Positions 12,148-23,581 of a stretch of DNA of 48,945 nucleotides are shown here, piece after piece. The position numbers and the translations under genes were made by a program. Numbering within the stretch: the stretch's first letter is position 1; the number at the start of each line of letters is the position of its first letter. The stretch lies in NCBI GenBank assembly GCA_001642005.1, contig LWCA01000134.1:1-48945 (forward strand), written 5' to 3'. The stretch comes from Intoshia linei (Eukaryota > Animalia > Orthonectida). The notes beneath the pieces are model-generated. The model made no database searches. It had not been told where the DNA came from and worked only from the letters and a program-made list of their open reading frames with translations.

Positions 12148-13087
12148 ATGTACAAGATAATTAATGTCAACATAATTATTGCGTGTATATTTTTAAAATT
12201 TGTCCTACACGCTAAAGCAAGATCCTGTACGGAAAATTTGACCTATGTGCCAAATAACACAATTTACGACGATGACAGTGGATCAATACTATTTTCAAAA
12301 TTATATAATAATTTTGAAAATAATTGGAAAAATTGCTCTATGGAGTGTTGCCTTGATGGTGATTTCAAAATTTAATGTATATTTTTGAAAAATATATTTA
12401 GATTCCTGTAATGTTGTTTCAATCACCTTATTTCCTGGTACAGATTATTTTGAATGCAATGGGCTTTCCTGTTCAACTTGTACGTTTCAAGAAGGAAATG
12501 GGTTTTCAATATTTTTTAATGCAACATATGATAATGCCGGCTTTTCAGAGTTGTCTCAAAATTATATAAATATTAATCAAAATACTTTGAATTCATTGGT
12601 AGGTTCCGAATTATTAGACGTATTTTCACGTTCAAATGTTAAGACAACGACAAGTACGACACGCCATACAACTGAACAAAATCAAGAAACGACGATAAGC
12701 AATATATTTTTATTTCAAGACAAAGAAAACTCTTCAAATGAAACCATACCGTTCTTTAAACAATACAATATCAACACAAACCCCATTCTGCCTCTGATTA
12801 TCATTTCAATCGTATTTTTGAGTGTAAGCATCATTACACTTGCAATGTTTCTCATACGCAAATTTCTAAATAGTATGGACAAAGATGTCCGATACCAAAA
12901 TCTAAAAAGCACTTTTGATTTACACGAATCAATAAATGATTCAGATATTGAAGAATCACCAATTAAAAAAAAGATCAATTTTAGACACAATGAAGAAAAT
13001 GTACAATCAGAAGAAAACGTTAATTTATTAGATGAAGAAATTACAAAATATGAATCAAAAATGTTTGATAAAGAGGAAAATGCTTAA
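12148..13087 (+). CDS. MANSC/MANEC-like type I membrane protein, paralog 3 with short stalk (exons 12148-12358, 12402-13087)
   Basis: Signal peptide; C..WKNCSMECCLD|DSCNVVSI..FECNGLSCSTC; 43-nt phase-1 intron at the same position; TM LPLIIISIVFLSVSIITLAMFLI; acidic tail with YQNL and ENVNLL motifs. Confidence 0.82.
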
Positions 13088-13110
13088 TTAAAAGTTTATA
13101 CAGTTATTAA

Positions 13111-16100
13111 TTAAATATAATCATAAAGGTAATTAAATATATCGACTCCAATTTTGCTATAAACAGGTATAACATTTTTTAAATCTACATTACTTTCCCA
13201 AAACGTTTGCCAATTCCAGAGAAATGTTGCATTTATAACTCAAATTGGTTAACCAATGTTTCGAACTGGAGTAACTTTTATTGGTACTTAAATATCCATC
13301 CCGAACGCACGCAGAAATCTAATTTTTAAATTACAAAATTTTTAAATATATTGTATACCAACGGTTTAATACCAAAAAATTGGTAACTCTTGTCGGTATA
13401 AATTGAAACAATAATCGTCATTAATCGATCTAAAGAAAATGATTTTCCTGAACACTGATAATCTTCCTAAAAATATTTTATATAAATTTTTGACCAATTT
13501 ATCAACCAATATTTTTCAAATTTTTGAAATAAAATTAGAAATGAAAATATAAATTTTCATCATACAATTTCGAAAAAAATGATAATTGACTTTATACACA
13601 TTTTAAATACAGAAATATGGGTTTCAATCTCATAAATTGATTCTTCTGTTTTTTATCATTACTATTAGTATTTTAATACAATTTTACAAAAATTTCGTTG
13701 AGCTTTTACCGAAGTGGTGTCTCAGGGTAAAAATACATTTTTAAAAATTTACAACAATTTTTTCTTTTTCCTTATTCTTCAACATGTTTCTTTTTTGTTT
13801 ATCAGAATGCTTTAAAAACAAATGCCTGTCCAAGGAAGTCGGGTTATGAGATGCAATATAACTTGAAACTAATATAACACACCAATGTTTCGTATAACTA
13901 TCAATTACGTTCTTTTGTACTATAAAATAATTAACAAGTACAAATAAATAAGGTACATTTTTTTATCGTAGAAATCTTGTCTTTAAAAAAACTAAACAAG
14001 TTGTATTAATAAAAACTGGAATATAAAGGTCACAAGTCAACTTTAAATATTTCAAATTTTAATACAGTCCAAGTCCTTATTGACGGAATTTTTGTTATCG
14101 GTAATTCATCTTTTAACGTAATTTTGTAATATTCATTTTTTCTTAGCGAATTTGTATAAACCAAAAATTCCGTTAATAAAAATTTTATCTCTAACACTCT
14201 AGAATCTATTTTTAATGACTATCATAAATATAATCTAATTTTTTAAAAATTAAGTCAATTTATTATATTTTTTATCAAATTTTTGATAGATATTAAATTA
14301 GATGGCGTTAATTAGAAATAATTACTATGATTGCGTGAATATTATTTTTAACTTTATTTTATTTCTGTAAATAATTTAAAAATTTTCATAGACCCAAAAA
14401 AACTGCTGTGGACTCCAGGAGTCCACATGGACCCGTTGATAATATTTTGTGTATATTACTTCGTCGTGTATTATTCAAAAACTCATAACAAGAAATATAA
14501 CCATTTAATAGTTTTTATTTAAAAAAATTAAATTCCGTAAACAAGGTCGTTACTATATGGAAAATTCCGTTAATAAGGACTTAGATTAAGCAATATCACC
14601 ACCGATAGTACAATTATTTATAAAAATTTTTCACCACCAGAAAGAAAATTAAAACTAAGGACCTTGAACATTTTTTTAATTTTTTATAAAAATTTCCAAG
14701 CATCACAAAATCACAAAGAAAATTACTCTGTAGATCCATGTAGATACAAATTTTCGGTAGTATATTCTTTCAATTTATTAGAAATAATTGGCCATACTCT
14801 ACAATTTCCTACATATAAAAATATTTTTAAATGGTGTCAAATACAGTTAATACAAAAGCGGTACCGTAAAGTATACCAATTAGTATATTTATTGTGTATT
14901 AATTAAAAATCAACAGCGTAACCTGGCACAAGTAAATAAAATTTACAAATGAGTAATACGAAACTGAGTGTTTTAGTGCAAAAATGCGAAGAATTGAAGA
15001 AAAAAATGGTTTTGATGGGTGATATTATAACGAGTATAAATTAATTTTCGTTAGAGGGAGACAGAAAGGCATTTTACGAAAATTCTGAATGGGAACAAAA
15101 GAAGAACAAAGACACTATATCGAAATTAAGAATGAAATACAAAGAAATTTATCATAATAGAGCGGATAAAATGAAAGTTTCATAAACTAAAATATATTAA
15201 TAAAATTATGATATAGGCTGACGCAGAGTTAATATCAAATTCACTGGCAGATGCACCAGAAGAAAAAAAATGTTTTAAGAATAAACCTGGATTGGTATGT
15301 AGATTATACTAAAAATTTAACCGAAAAATAGATAGCTCTAGATTTAATAAATAATAAACACAAAGACTATGTAAATCAATTAAATTATTTACGATACACA
15401 ACAGAAAATTACAAAAAAACTTTGTCAGCCACAGAGACAAAATATGATGAAATGGTGAAAGACGTCTCAGAGTCGAAAGCAACAGACCAAGGAGAATCTG
15501 ATGTAGCAAAGGTTTTTATAGTTGGTAGAAATTTTATATTATAAACACAGGAAACACGAAATTTGGAAAATAAACTGGAAAAAAGTAAACTCAAATGTCG
15601 TGAAGCAATACACATACATCAAACGTATGATAGTATTAAATACACAATGTTGCAGGAATGTCAAACCTTTAGTCAAAAACTTGACATGGTGGAATCTGAA
15701 ATTCAATTGTAATTTTAGATTTATAGAAAAATTTTAAAATTTCATCTTAGAAGTAACGCCGAACATGAAAATCAAAAGAAAATAAACGAACAGGCAACTT
15801 TGAGTAGAGACACATCACGAGTTATATTAGAAAAACAAGAAAAAGAAATTTATGCTTCTAGAAAAAAAAGAGAAGTTGATTTATCTAACGTTCGAAAACA
15901 AGCAGAAGAAAAAAGATTACAATATGATCGAAGAATGGTATATTTTAAGTAACTTATTAATTTTTAAAATATTCAGGCGGCTACATCATTGAAAGACGAA
16001 GAAGGTTCAAATATAGAAAAATATGAAAAAATGAATGAAACTGATCAAAATAAAATTACAACATATGAACAAGCCACCATAAAAATAAAAGAAGCCACCG

Positions 16101-19100
16101 GTGTAACTGATACACAGGTAAGTATATATTTTTTAAATCTTTCAATCTATCAATATTGACAAAATAAATTTCAATTACCATTGATCGAAAAAAGATATTA
16201 TATATTACTAAATTGACTGTCATGTACTACGTACAAACAGGATACAACTGTATAACCTGTAAATTTTTTGAAATTCTAGGGCTGTTTTCATTAAAAAAGA
16301 ATGGTAATTTTGGGTTTTGGCCATGAAGATATAATTTTTTTAATTCTCCAACTCGTTTGATTTTCAAAAAGAGAAACAATTGGGGTTTTTAACCCGTAAA
16401 ATGTGAGTTTGGAAGGTTGAAATTATGTTTGCGAACACCCCCGCAAAAAACTGTAATTGAAATGTGGACTTTATAAAATTCTAAGATGGGTAGCTATTTA
16501 AATAAAGCTGAAAACACTGTCACAGAAACAAAAATCGCGTAGCATATTATAAGTTATGACTATCTTGAATGTTTTGTAGTTAGTACAAACAGCACCTAGC
16601 TCTACCGAGGGTGGACTTTTCTAATTATCAAAAAAATAAAATCTAATATAAAAATGCCGCTACTTACTATTAAAAATCTTTTAAAAAATACTTTTATATA
16701 AGTTAGGATGAGTAATTTGTTGTTTTATTATTGAAATTTAATGATTTTAAAATATGTATCAGAATGTAGATTTTAAAAAATTGTTGGTTTCGTTTTTTTT
16801 AAAAAAAAAGAGATAATTGGTGCTTTTTACACTGAAAGACTCAATTTGTAAAATCTAATTATCGAAATACAATATTAAAAATTGGCTTTTTAAAACTCTA
16901 CATATCTTACTTTCGTAAATAAGATTGAACAAACAAAACTTAAATTAAAAAACTACAACCCTCTTTAAAATTTGCGTAAAAATCCCCTCAAATCTTGGTT
17001 AAAAGTTCCTAAAAACCCCCTTGAAATTTTTACCTTACGCGAGCCTTTTTCGGGTGACCTCAACGCAGTGTTTGTAAAATGGGCCTCATTTTTCCAAATC
17101 GATCATTTTTAAAAAATTATATTTTCGACCATTATAACCATATTGTTTACTAAACTGTCAAGGCCAGAGTTTAGCCTCCAGACACTTGAGAAGTGGCTTG
17201 GTTAAGACATTATTTTCATTATGATGTTTCCAAAAATAAAAAATAGGTATCTATTTTTTTTTTTGGGTGGATTTCGCACTTGGTAGGTTCGGCTCTGATT
17301 TCAACATTTAATCGGTTTACAATGTGTTTTTAAGCCGAGAAACTTTTGACCGATTAAAATTTTATAAGTATACATATAATTAATTTATTATAGGAAGTAG
17401 TAATACGATTTGAAAATCAAGGTGAAACAGAAAAAAGGTTACAATCCATGAAGGAAGATAACGAAAAATTATTAATCAGACAGCAAGAAGAATACGACGA
17501 ATTGAAACAGAATTTTGAAAATATGAAATATACCGGTGAAAATAAGATATCAGAGTAAGTTTAATGGCTGATAAAAAATTAACAAAATCTAGTGGTGAAC
17601 GTGTACTGGAAGAAAAGTTTGACGAGTTAAAATCTATTGAAAATACGTTACAATTAAACAATAAGAATTTGAATAATTCGACAACTCTATTATTGGCCGT
17701 AAAATCTGGAATTAATCATTTAACTGACAAACTAAAACAACTTAAAACGGTAAATAAAACTACATTATTATTAAATTATGTATTATTATAATAATACAAA
17801 ATAACATAATAAAAAATTTTTTTAAAACTCAATTTTACTAGACATCAACAGAACTACAAAAGGTAAAAATACCACCAGAATCTGATGAATATATACTGGA
17901 CCAATTATCTATATGTGAAGATAAAATGATAAAATTACTTGAAGATATGAACGGTGAAGATATTGATACAGTTTGGAACATGATGACTGAAAACGAAGTA
18001 ATAATACACGATTAATCATTAAAATTTAAAATTGTGTAGTATATCAGTATTGTTGACACCAAACAACCTCAATACAACACTCATGTAAAAATTGGCGAAG
18101 GTCACAAGGAAACTGCATTTGATGGTATATTTAAAAGAATCATTATAGATTTGAATAATTTTTAAGAAGAAGATAGCGGAGACGATCAAGAAGTATTGAC
18201 TCGTTTAATAATCAAAAAACAGTCACAAAATATACTTGAAACTAAAAATAAACGAAAAGTTGGAGGGCGTAAAAAAGAGAAAAAATAAATTAATTTACCC
18301 ATTCTATTTATTGTTATTTAATTGTACCTTTAATAAATTTTTCAAAAAAAGTTTGATCAATCAATTTTCCAATCTATAAAAACAAGTATTAAAAACAGTA
18401 AATAATAAAAATTTTAAAATCACCACATAATCAATTTCAATAACATCGGTAGTAGAATCATATAAAAGTGAAATTGTAATGGAAATAATTTTATCAAAGG
18501 TTTCATTTGGAATATTTAATTTTTTAGCATCGTTTTTATACTTGTGATCAAAAAAAGACAGCATCTCTCCTATTGATAAAACTGATTAAAAAATTTTAAA
18601 CTCAACCTTCCGTCAATGTGTCGAGTTGAATAAAAATGGGATAAAGGCATCGAGGAATGCTACTCAATTTAAAGTTGAAATTTGACCAAGAATGTCTACC
18701 AGATACAATTGTACATATTTTGCAGCTTATCTAAAAAAATTAAAAAGTTATAACATCCAAATTTACCATTGAATGCATGGTTAGAATTAAATACATCAAA
18801 TTTGCGTCCATGTTGAAAAGTTCATTTCCATTGTCAATTACCTAATGACACGGTTAGAGATGCAATTATCATAGAATAAAGTAAAAAATTACTATAAATA
18901 AATCATGGTGCATATTCTCGACTATTTTTTTAAATTTATGTATAAAATTGGAAATTTCAATTTGTTCAGCATGTTCAATTTTCAACATTTTGCATAAAGA
19001 ATCATAAATGTATTGAAAGAATAATACAGGTTCATAATATTCGTAAGCATTTACAAAAATTGATTTATACTATTATAATTATAATTAATTTGTTTAATTC

Positions 19101-19316
19101 AATTTAACCTCATAGTTTCTAGCAAAATTTCTTAAAGTCGTAGTTTTTCCACTAGATTCATCTCCTTGAATGTAAAGTACACCACTAGTTGAATATTTCT
19201 ATCAAATTTTTATACATTTTGTAAAACTGTAAAATTACTAGAATGCTGATGAGTTTATAAAAATTTTGGGTAAAATTTTCTCTTGCGTATAGTTCTTTTA
19301 TTGGCTCTAACATCAT
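13111..19316 (-). CDS. ORC5: Origin recognition complex subunit 5 (about 13 exons)
   Basis: Spliced: MMLEPIKELYARE...LYIQGDESSGKTT (Walker A)...VIDNGNELFNMDANL...FIK|GNCRVWPII...SSYIASHNPTSLDRHLFLKH...KSFSLDRLMTI...YKCNISLE...VDIFNYLYDYI*. It matches ORC5 motifs (GHTASGKT, AAYLASYNP, PFPLDRL, YKCTVSL, KYLYDF). Confidence 0.9.
14065..14588. mobile_element. pogo/Tigger-like MITE in an ORC5 intron
   Basis: TA-CAGTCCAAGTCCTTATTGACGGAATT at the left end and inverted AATTCCGTTAATAAGGACTTAGA at the right end. Confidence 0.65.
14949..18288 (+). CDS. ODAD3: Outer dynein arm docking complex subunit ODAD3/CCDC151 (about 12 exons), nested in an ORC5 intron
   Basis: MSNTKL..EELKKKMVLM|EGDRKAFYENSEWEQKKNKDTISKLR...TRNLENKLEKSKLKCREAIHI... 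matches CCDC151 ([40 protein letters not shown]). Coiled coil; exons checked are open and in phase. Confidence 0.9.
16225..16940 (-). mobile_element. Two adjacent Helitron-like repeat fragments in an ODAD3 intron
   Basis: 16255-16550 is nearly identical to 10765-11110; the terminal motif GTACAAACAGCACCTAGCTCTACCGAG lies near 16583. Confidence 0.6.
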
Positions 19317-19707
19317 TTAGTGATTTTATACATTTTCAAATATGTTTAAATTTACACGAAATGTTTTAAATAAACTTTATTGACCAGTTATAATTGAATT
19401 ACCCCAGTGCAATCAATCACTGGTCAAAAATTTTCACTCAAAACCAGTGATAATCCGGGTATTGGCATTTATTTATTGAAAATAAATATAGATACTTTCT
19501 GGTTGTAATATGCAGAATAATTAAAATATGCGTACATTACTGTCTTAAAATTGAAAACTCATCAGCCCTAAAGGTAAATTTCTTGTTTCCTAAATTTATA
19601 AATTTAAATCGGCAAAGTCTTGTATAATATTAATAACTGCTTTGATTATTTTTAGATATTCGATTAATCTGGTTGGGTGAAATATTTATATTTTTAATTT
19701 TCACAGT

Positions 19708-20050
19708 ACCAGTCTTAGAATTTTATAAATTTCACATTTATATTATAGTTTTTTCCGGGGGTGAAAGTAAGATAAATTTCAATCTCTGAAATTTACATCT
19801 TATCGTTCAAAAACCCGAATTTTCCTTTTTTTTGAAAATCAAACAATTTAAATTTAAATTTATGATTTCAAAGTCCGTATCAGCGTATATTTATTTTTAA
19901 ATTCTCCAACTCGTTTGATTTTACAAAAAGAGGGACAATTGGGGTTTTTACCCGTAAGATGTGAGTTTGGTAGGTTGAAATTTATTTTGCTAACCCCCCT
20001 AGAAAAAACTGTAATTGAAATGTTGACTTTATAAAATTCTAAGACTGGAA
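19708..20050. repeat. Inverted pair of Helitron-like fragments (fold-back)
   Basis: 19708-19844 (CCAGTCTTAGAATTTTATAAA...GAAAATCAAAC) is a diverged reverse complement of 19913-20050 (GTTTGATTTT...TTTATAAAATTCTAAGACTGG). Confidence 0.75.
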
Positions 20051-21351
20051 TTATTAAAATAAAGCTGGACACACACACAAACAAAAATCCCGTAGCATAT
20101 TATTATATAATATTACATTTTTACAGATGGTTAAACTCACATTGTATATGCGTGAAAAGTGTACATTTTGAACAAAAAAAGTGTTCTATAGAACTGTAAA
20201 TTAATATAAATATGTAAATCTGATTCTAATAAAAAATTTCGTTAATTTATGGGTGATTTTATGTTGGCTCTTTGATTATATAATGTTAATTTTATGTTTG
20301 TCGTCATAAATCATTAAAATCGATGATCATTACAATAAAATGACCATTAAAATTGGATTTTTTTTAGATAACTTAATAAAATTTGAAAGGTCTATTCATT
20401 AGCTATCTTTTACACTTAAGTGGTCGGTTGATTCACATAGCCGCCATAGAGAAATTTTCATTTTAAAATATAAAAGTTAAGAAATAATCTGAAAAAATTA
20501 AAATAATGAACAAATCGTTAGAATATTGTTAAATTTTATTAAAATTTTATATTAACCAATTAATATAAATACATATTAATGTTTAACAGATATCCACCAG
20601 AAAAAATCTGAAAATTTCATATCATATCCTTACGAGACAAAAAAGTTTAAACTAGTCATGTAAAAAGCTAGAATTTTAAAACTGGAATAACTTTTCTACA
20701 CGACCTCTAAAAAAATCTGAAAAACTACCTGCTCTCTGATCTGAGAGGATTATAATGATTATTATCATTATTAATGATATATATTTTAACATGTTAAATT
20801 TTTCAGTGTTGAACCGTGTGATGAAATAAAATACATGTAAAATGTTGCCACTAATTAAAATAAAGAAATGTACATTGTATATGTTTGGTGTTTAAAATTT
20901 AATTTTTATCAAGTATACTGCCAAAAAATTGTTTTTAACTCGAAACCTGTCTTAAAATCTGTTTTAAGAGGCTGTAAATTAGAAAACCACCAATAAATAT
21001 TTATGTAGGTCATATAAAAGGACTACTAGAACTAAGTAATTGGTACTGTGCTTATTTATAAATCCAGATTCTTGAATTTAGTTTGCACAAATTATGTATT
21101 TGATGTTCTACAAATCCTTTAATAAAATAAATTAAGAACATGGAATAACAACTAATAATTATTACATGATAATGTAAACATTTCATTTAAAGTCGTCATT
21201 CATTCTAGAAAAACGTTTTGAAATTCAACATCAAATAAAAGCTTGTACGGTAATGACTAATTACTAATCTAAAAATACTTTTTCACCATCCAATACAATA
21301 GTAATATTAAAACTTTATTGATTATTGTTTAATGACTAAATTATACATTAA

Positions 21352-21664
21352 CCCTTTCACTGCGTAGCGTTAGTGATAACACATTTCAATTTGATAGAAT
21401 CTTTATTTCCATTTACACGAGACACAAGATTATATATAAAATTAAACAGACACTTCAAAATATACTTTATTGTAAAATAAATGAACTCACACTACACACT
21501 GTCTAATACTATTTTATGATGCATCACCACATGTCTGAAATTTACGTTTTAATTCAAACATGTATTATTTTTAAATTACCTATGTGAAAATGTATGAAAA
21601 TAAAAGAATAAAATTTTTCAAAATTATGCTGTGTATACTATAGAATACACAGACAGTGTTAGGG
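21352..21664. mobile_element. piggyBac-type MITE
   Basis: TTAA TSD on both sides; termini CCCTTTCACTG / CAGTGTTAGGG. Confidence 0.75.
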
Positions 21665-21962
21665 TTAACAAGATTAAGTCATTTTTCAGAGTTCTTATCA
21701 TTTAGGTATAACAGTGCATTCCAACAATATAATTACAAAATCCCAACAATATAATGATATGATTCATCTTTTTCGTAATGTATTTGCAATGTAAATTTTG
21801 CATGATAGATAAAAACAGTAAATTTCACGTTTTCCAATCGCCGGTTCGGATAATTTTTTTTCATCTTTTAGAAATAGGTATTCAGTGAGAACTGAGTGAG
21901 TCACCCTATTCGACAGATGGGCACATTTTATAATTTTAGTAGTTTTGTCGACACCAAATGTA

Positions 21963-22930
21963 TCCTTTACGTATATAAAATTGACTGTCTGTGTGTTACC
22001 AATTAATTAAAAAATTAAACACTTATCTTCATTTAAAAAATTCAAAATTCCTAGCATTTCAAAAAAAAGTGTTTAGAAATTGAAGTCTTCAGTGTCAAAA
22101 CTTATACTCTTTGATTTTTGAATTAATGAAAAATGTCCTAGAATTTTAAGACTTACATTTCGGATAGTTTTTAAATATCTAACATATTTACATTACATCA
22201 AATAGTATTTTAAGAATACCAATGTATTGACAATATCTGCGGATACTCTTAATCGACCTTAAGTAATTAATTCTCAGTGCGGGTATATTTTGTTTACATT
22301 ATCGCTTCTCATTCCTTGTCTTCCGAAAATTTACAATTCACTTATCAAAATTTCAATCTGAATAAGTGACGACTTCACAGTCAAAAAAGCATTTTAGTAT
22401 TCATATATTTTTTTCTGAAATATTTTATTAAAACAAAAAATGTATAATTAACGGTCCGAAAATTAAAAAAAAAAAAATTATTTTGATAGAGCTTATTCCA
22501 GTTGATATAAATACAAAATTTAAACCCCAGAAATCTACGCATTTCCGGTGAAAAATAATTTTTAATATATTATCAACCAATATTTTTCAAATATTTAGAT
22601 TAAAATAAAAATTGAAAGTGTAAATATTAATCCTACAATTTAAAAAAAAGAGAAATATGGGTGAAAATCTATATAATTCATTCCTTCGGAATTTTTTTCA
22701 TTGCTACAAAATTTTTAAATCTCAAAACTACAACTACAATTGTACCAATTTTAGGATTGACTGTTTTTATTTTATTTTTAATATTATAGACACATTCTGA
22801 CTAATAAATTAAAAAAAAGAGATAAAAATTGTTTTTAAAATTATTTACGCAAATGTTAACAAAACAAAATAAAGATAAAATAATTCACTTTAAAGTTAAA
22901 ATTAATGATATGATGGTTCAACCTGAAACA
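21963..22930 (+). mobile_element. Helitron-like repeat copy in the opposite orientation
   Basis: Starts A|TCCTTTACGTATATAAAATTGACTGTCTGTGTGTTACC; contains the reverse complement of the 940-1040 block. The distal part is shared with 29900-30105 and 35200-35350. Confidence 0.6.
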
Positions 22931-23581
22931 AATTTATAAGTCATTATTAGTTATTAAACAGCTAATTCAGATAGCGAGACGAACGTAATTTGAAAAACTG
23001 GTGTAATATGAATCTACATTGTAAAAAAATTCTTTTTTTAGATGAAAATGGTTGTACCCTCCATACCTTTATAAATTATGGCTATTACACTCTAAATTGT
23101 ATCCACCTGCCTATAAATATGAAAATATCACCATGTGTGGTGTAATATCAAATGGAGGGTTAGATAAAGTCCTCTGATATTCAAGATTATAATTTTTATA
23201 ATGCTCATATGTTTAGAATTTAGAAAAATGAGGGCCCCATTTTACAAAAATTTCGTTGAAGAAAAGGTTTGCAACATACATTAAACTATACTACACCACT
23301 TTTAACTAGGTTAACTTTTCAGACTAATTGACAAAGATTTAACTTTATTTGAATAATATTCAAAAATTTATAACAAACTTATCATTCATAACTCTGACGT
23401 TACTAGAGAAATTTATGAATTTGAAATTAGCAATTGTGTGGAAATTTGTTTTGTAAAAATGAGTTCACACGTGTACTATTTAAACTTGATTTGCAATAGA
23501 ATGCAAACTATATCAATATTAGCATAACAGTTGCAATATAAAATACAAATAGCGAACCTGGATTCATTAAAATTTGCAAAT

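Noticed and set aside
18328-19316. A separate small AAA+ ATPase gene
   Set aside because: It is the 5' half of ORC5 and splices in phase to the exon at 14808.
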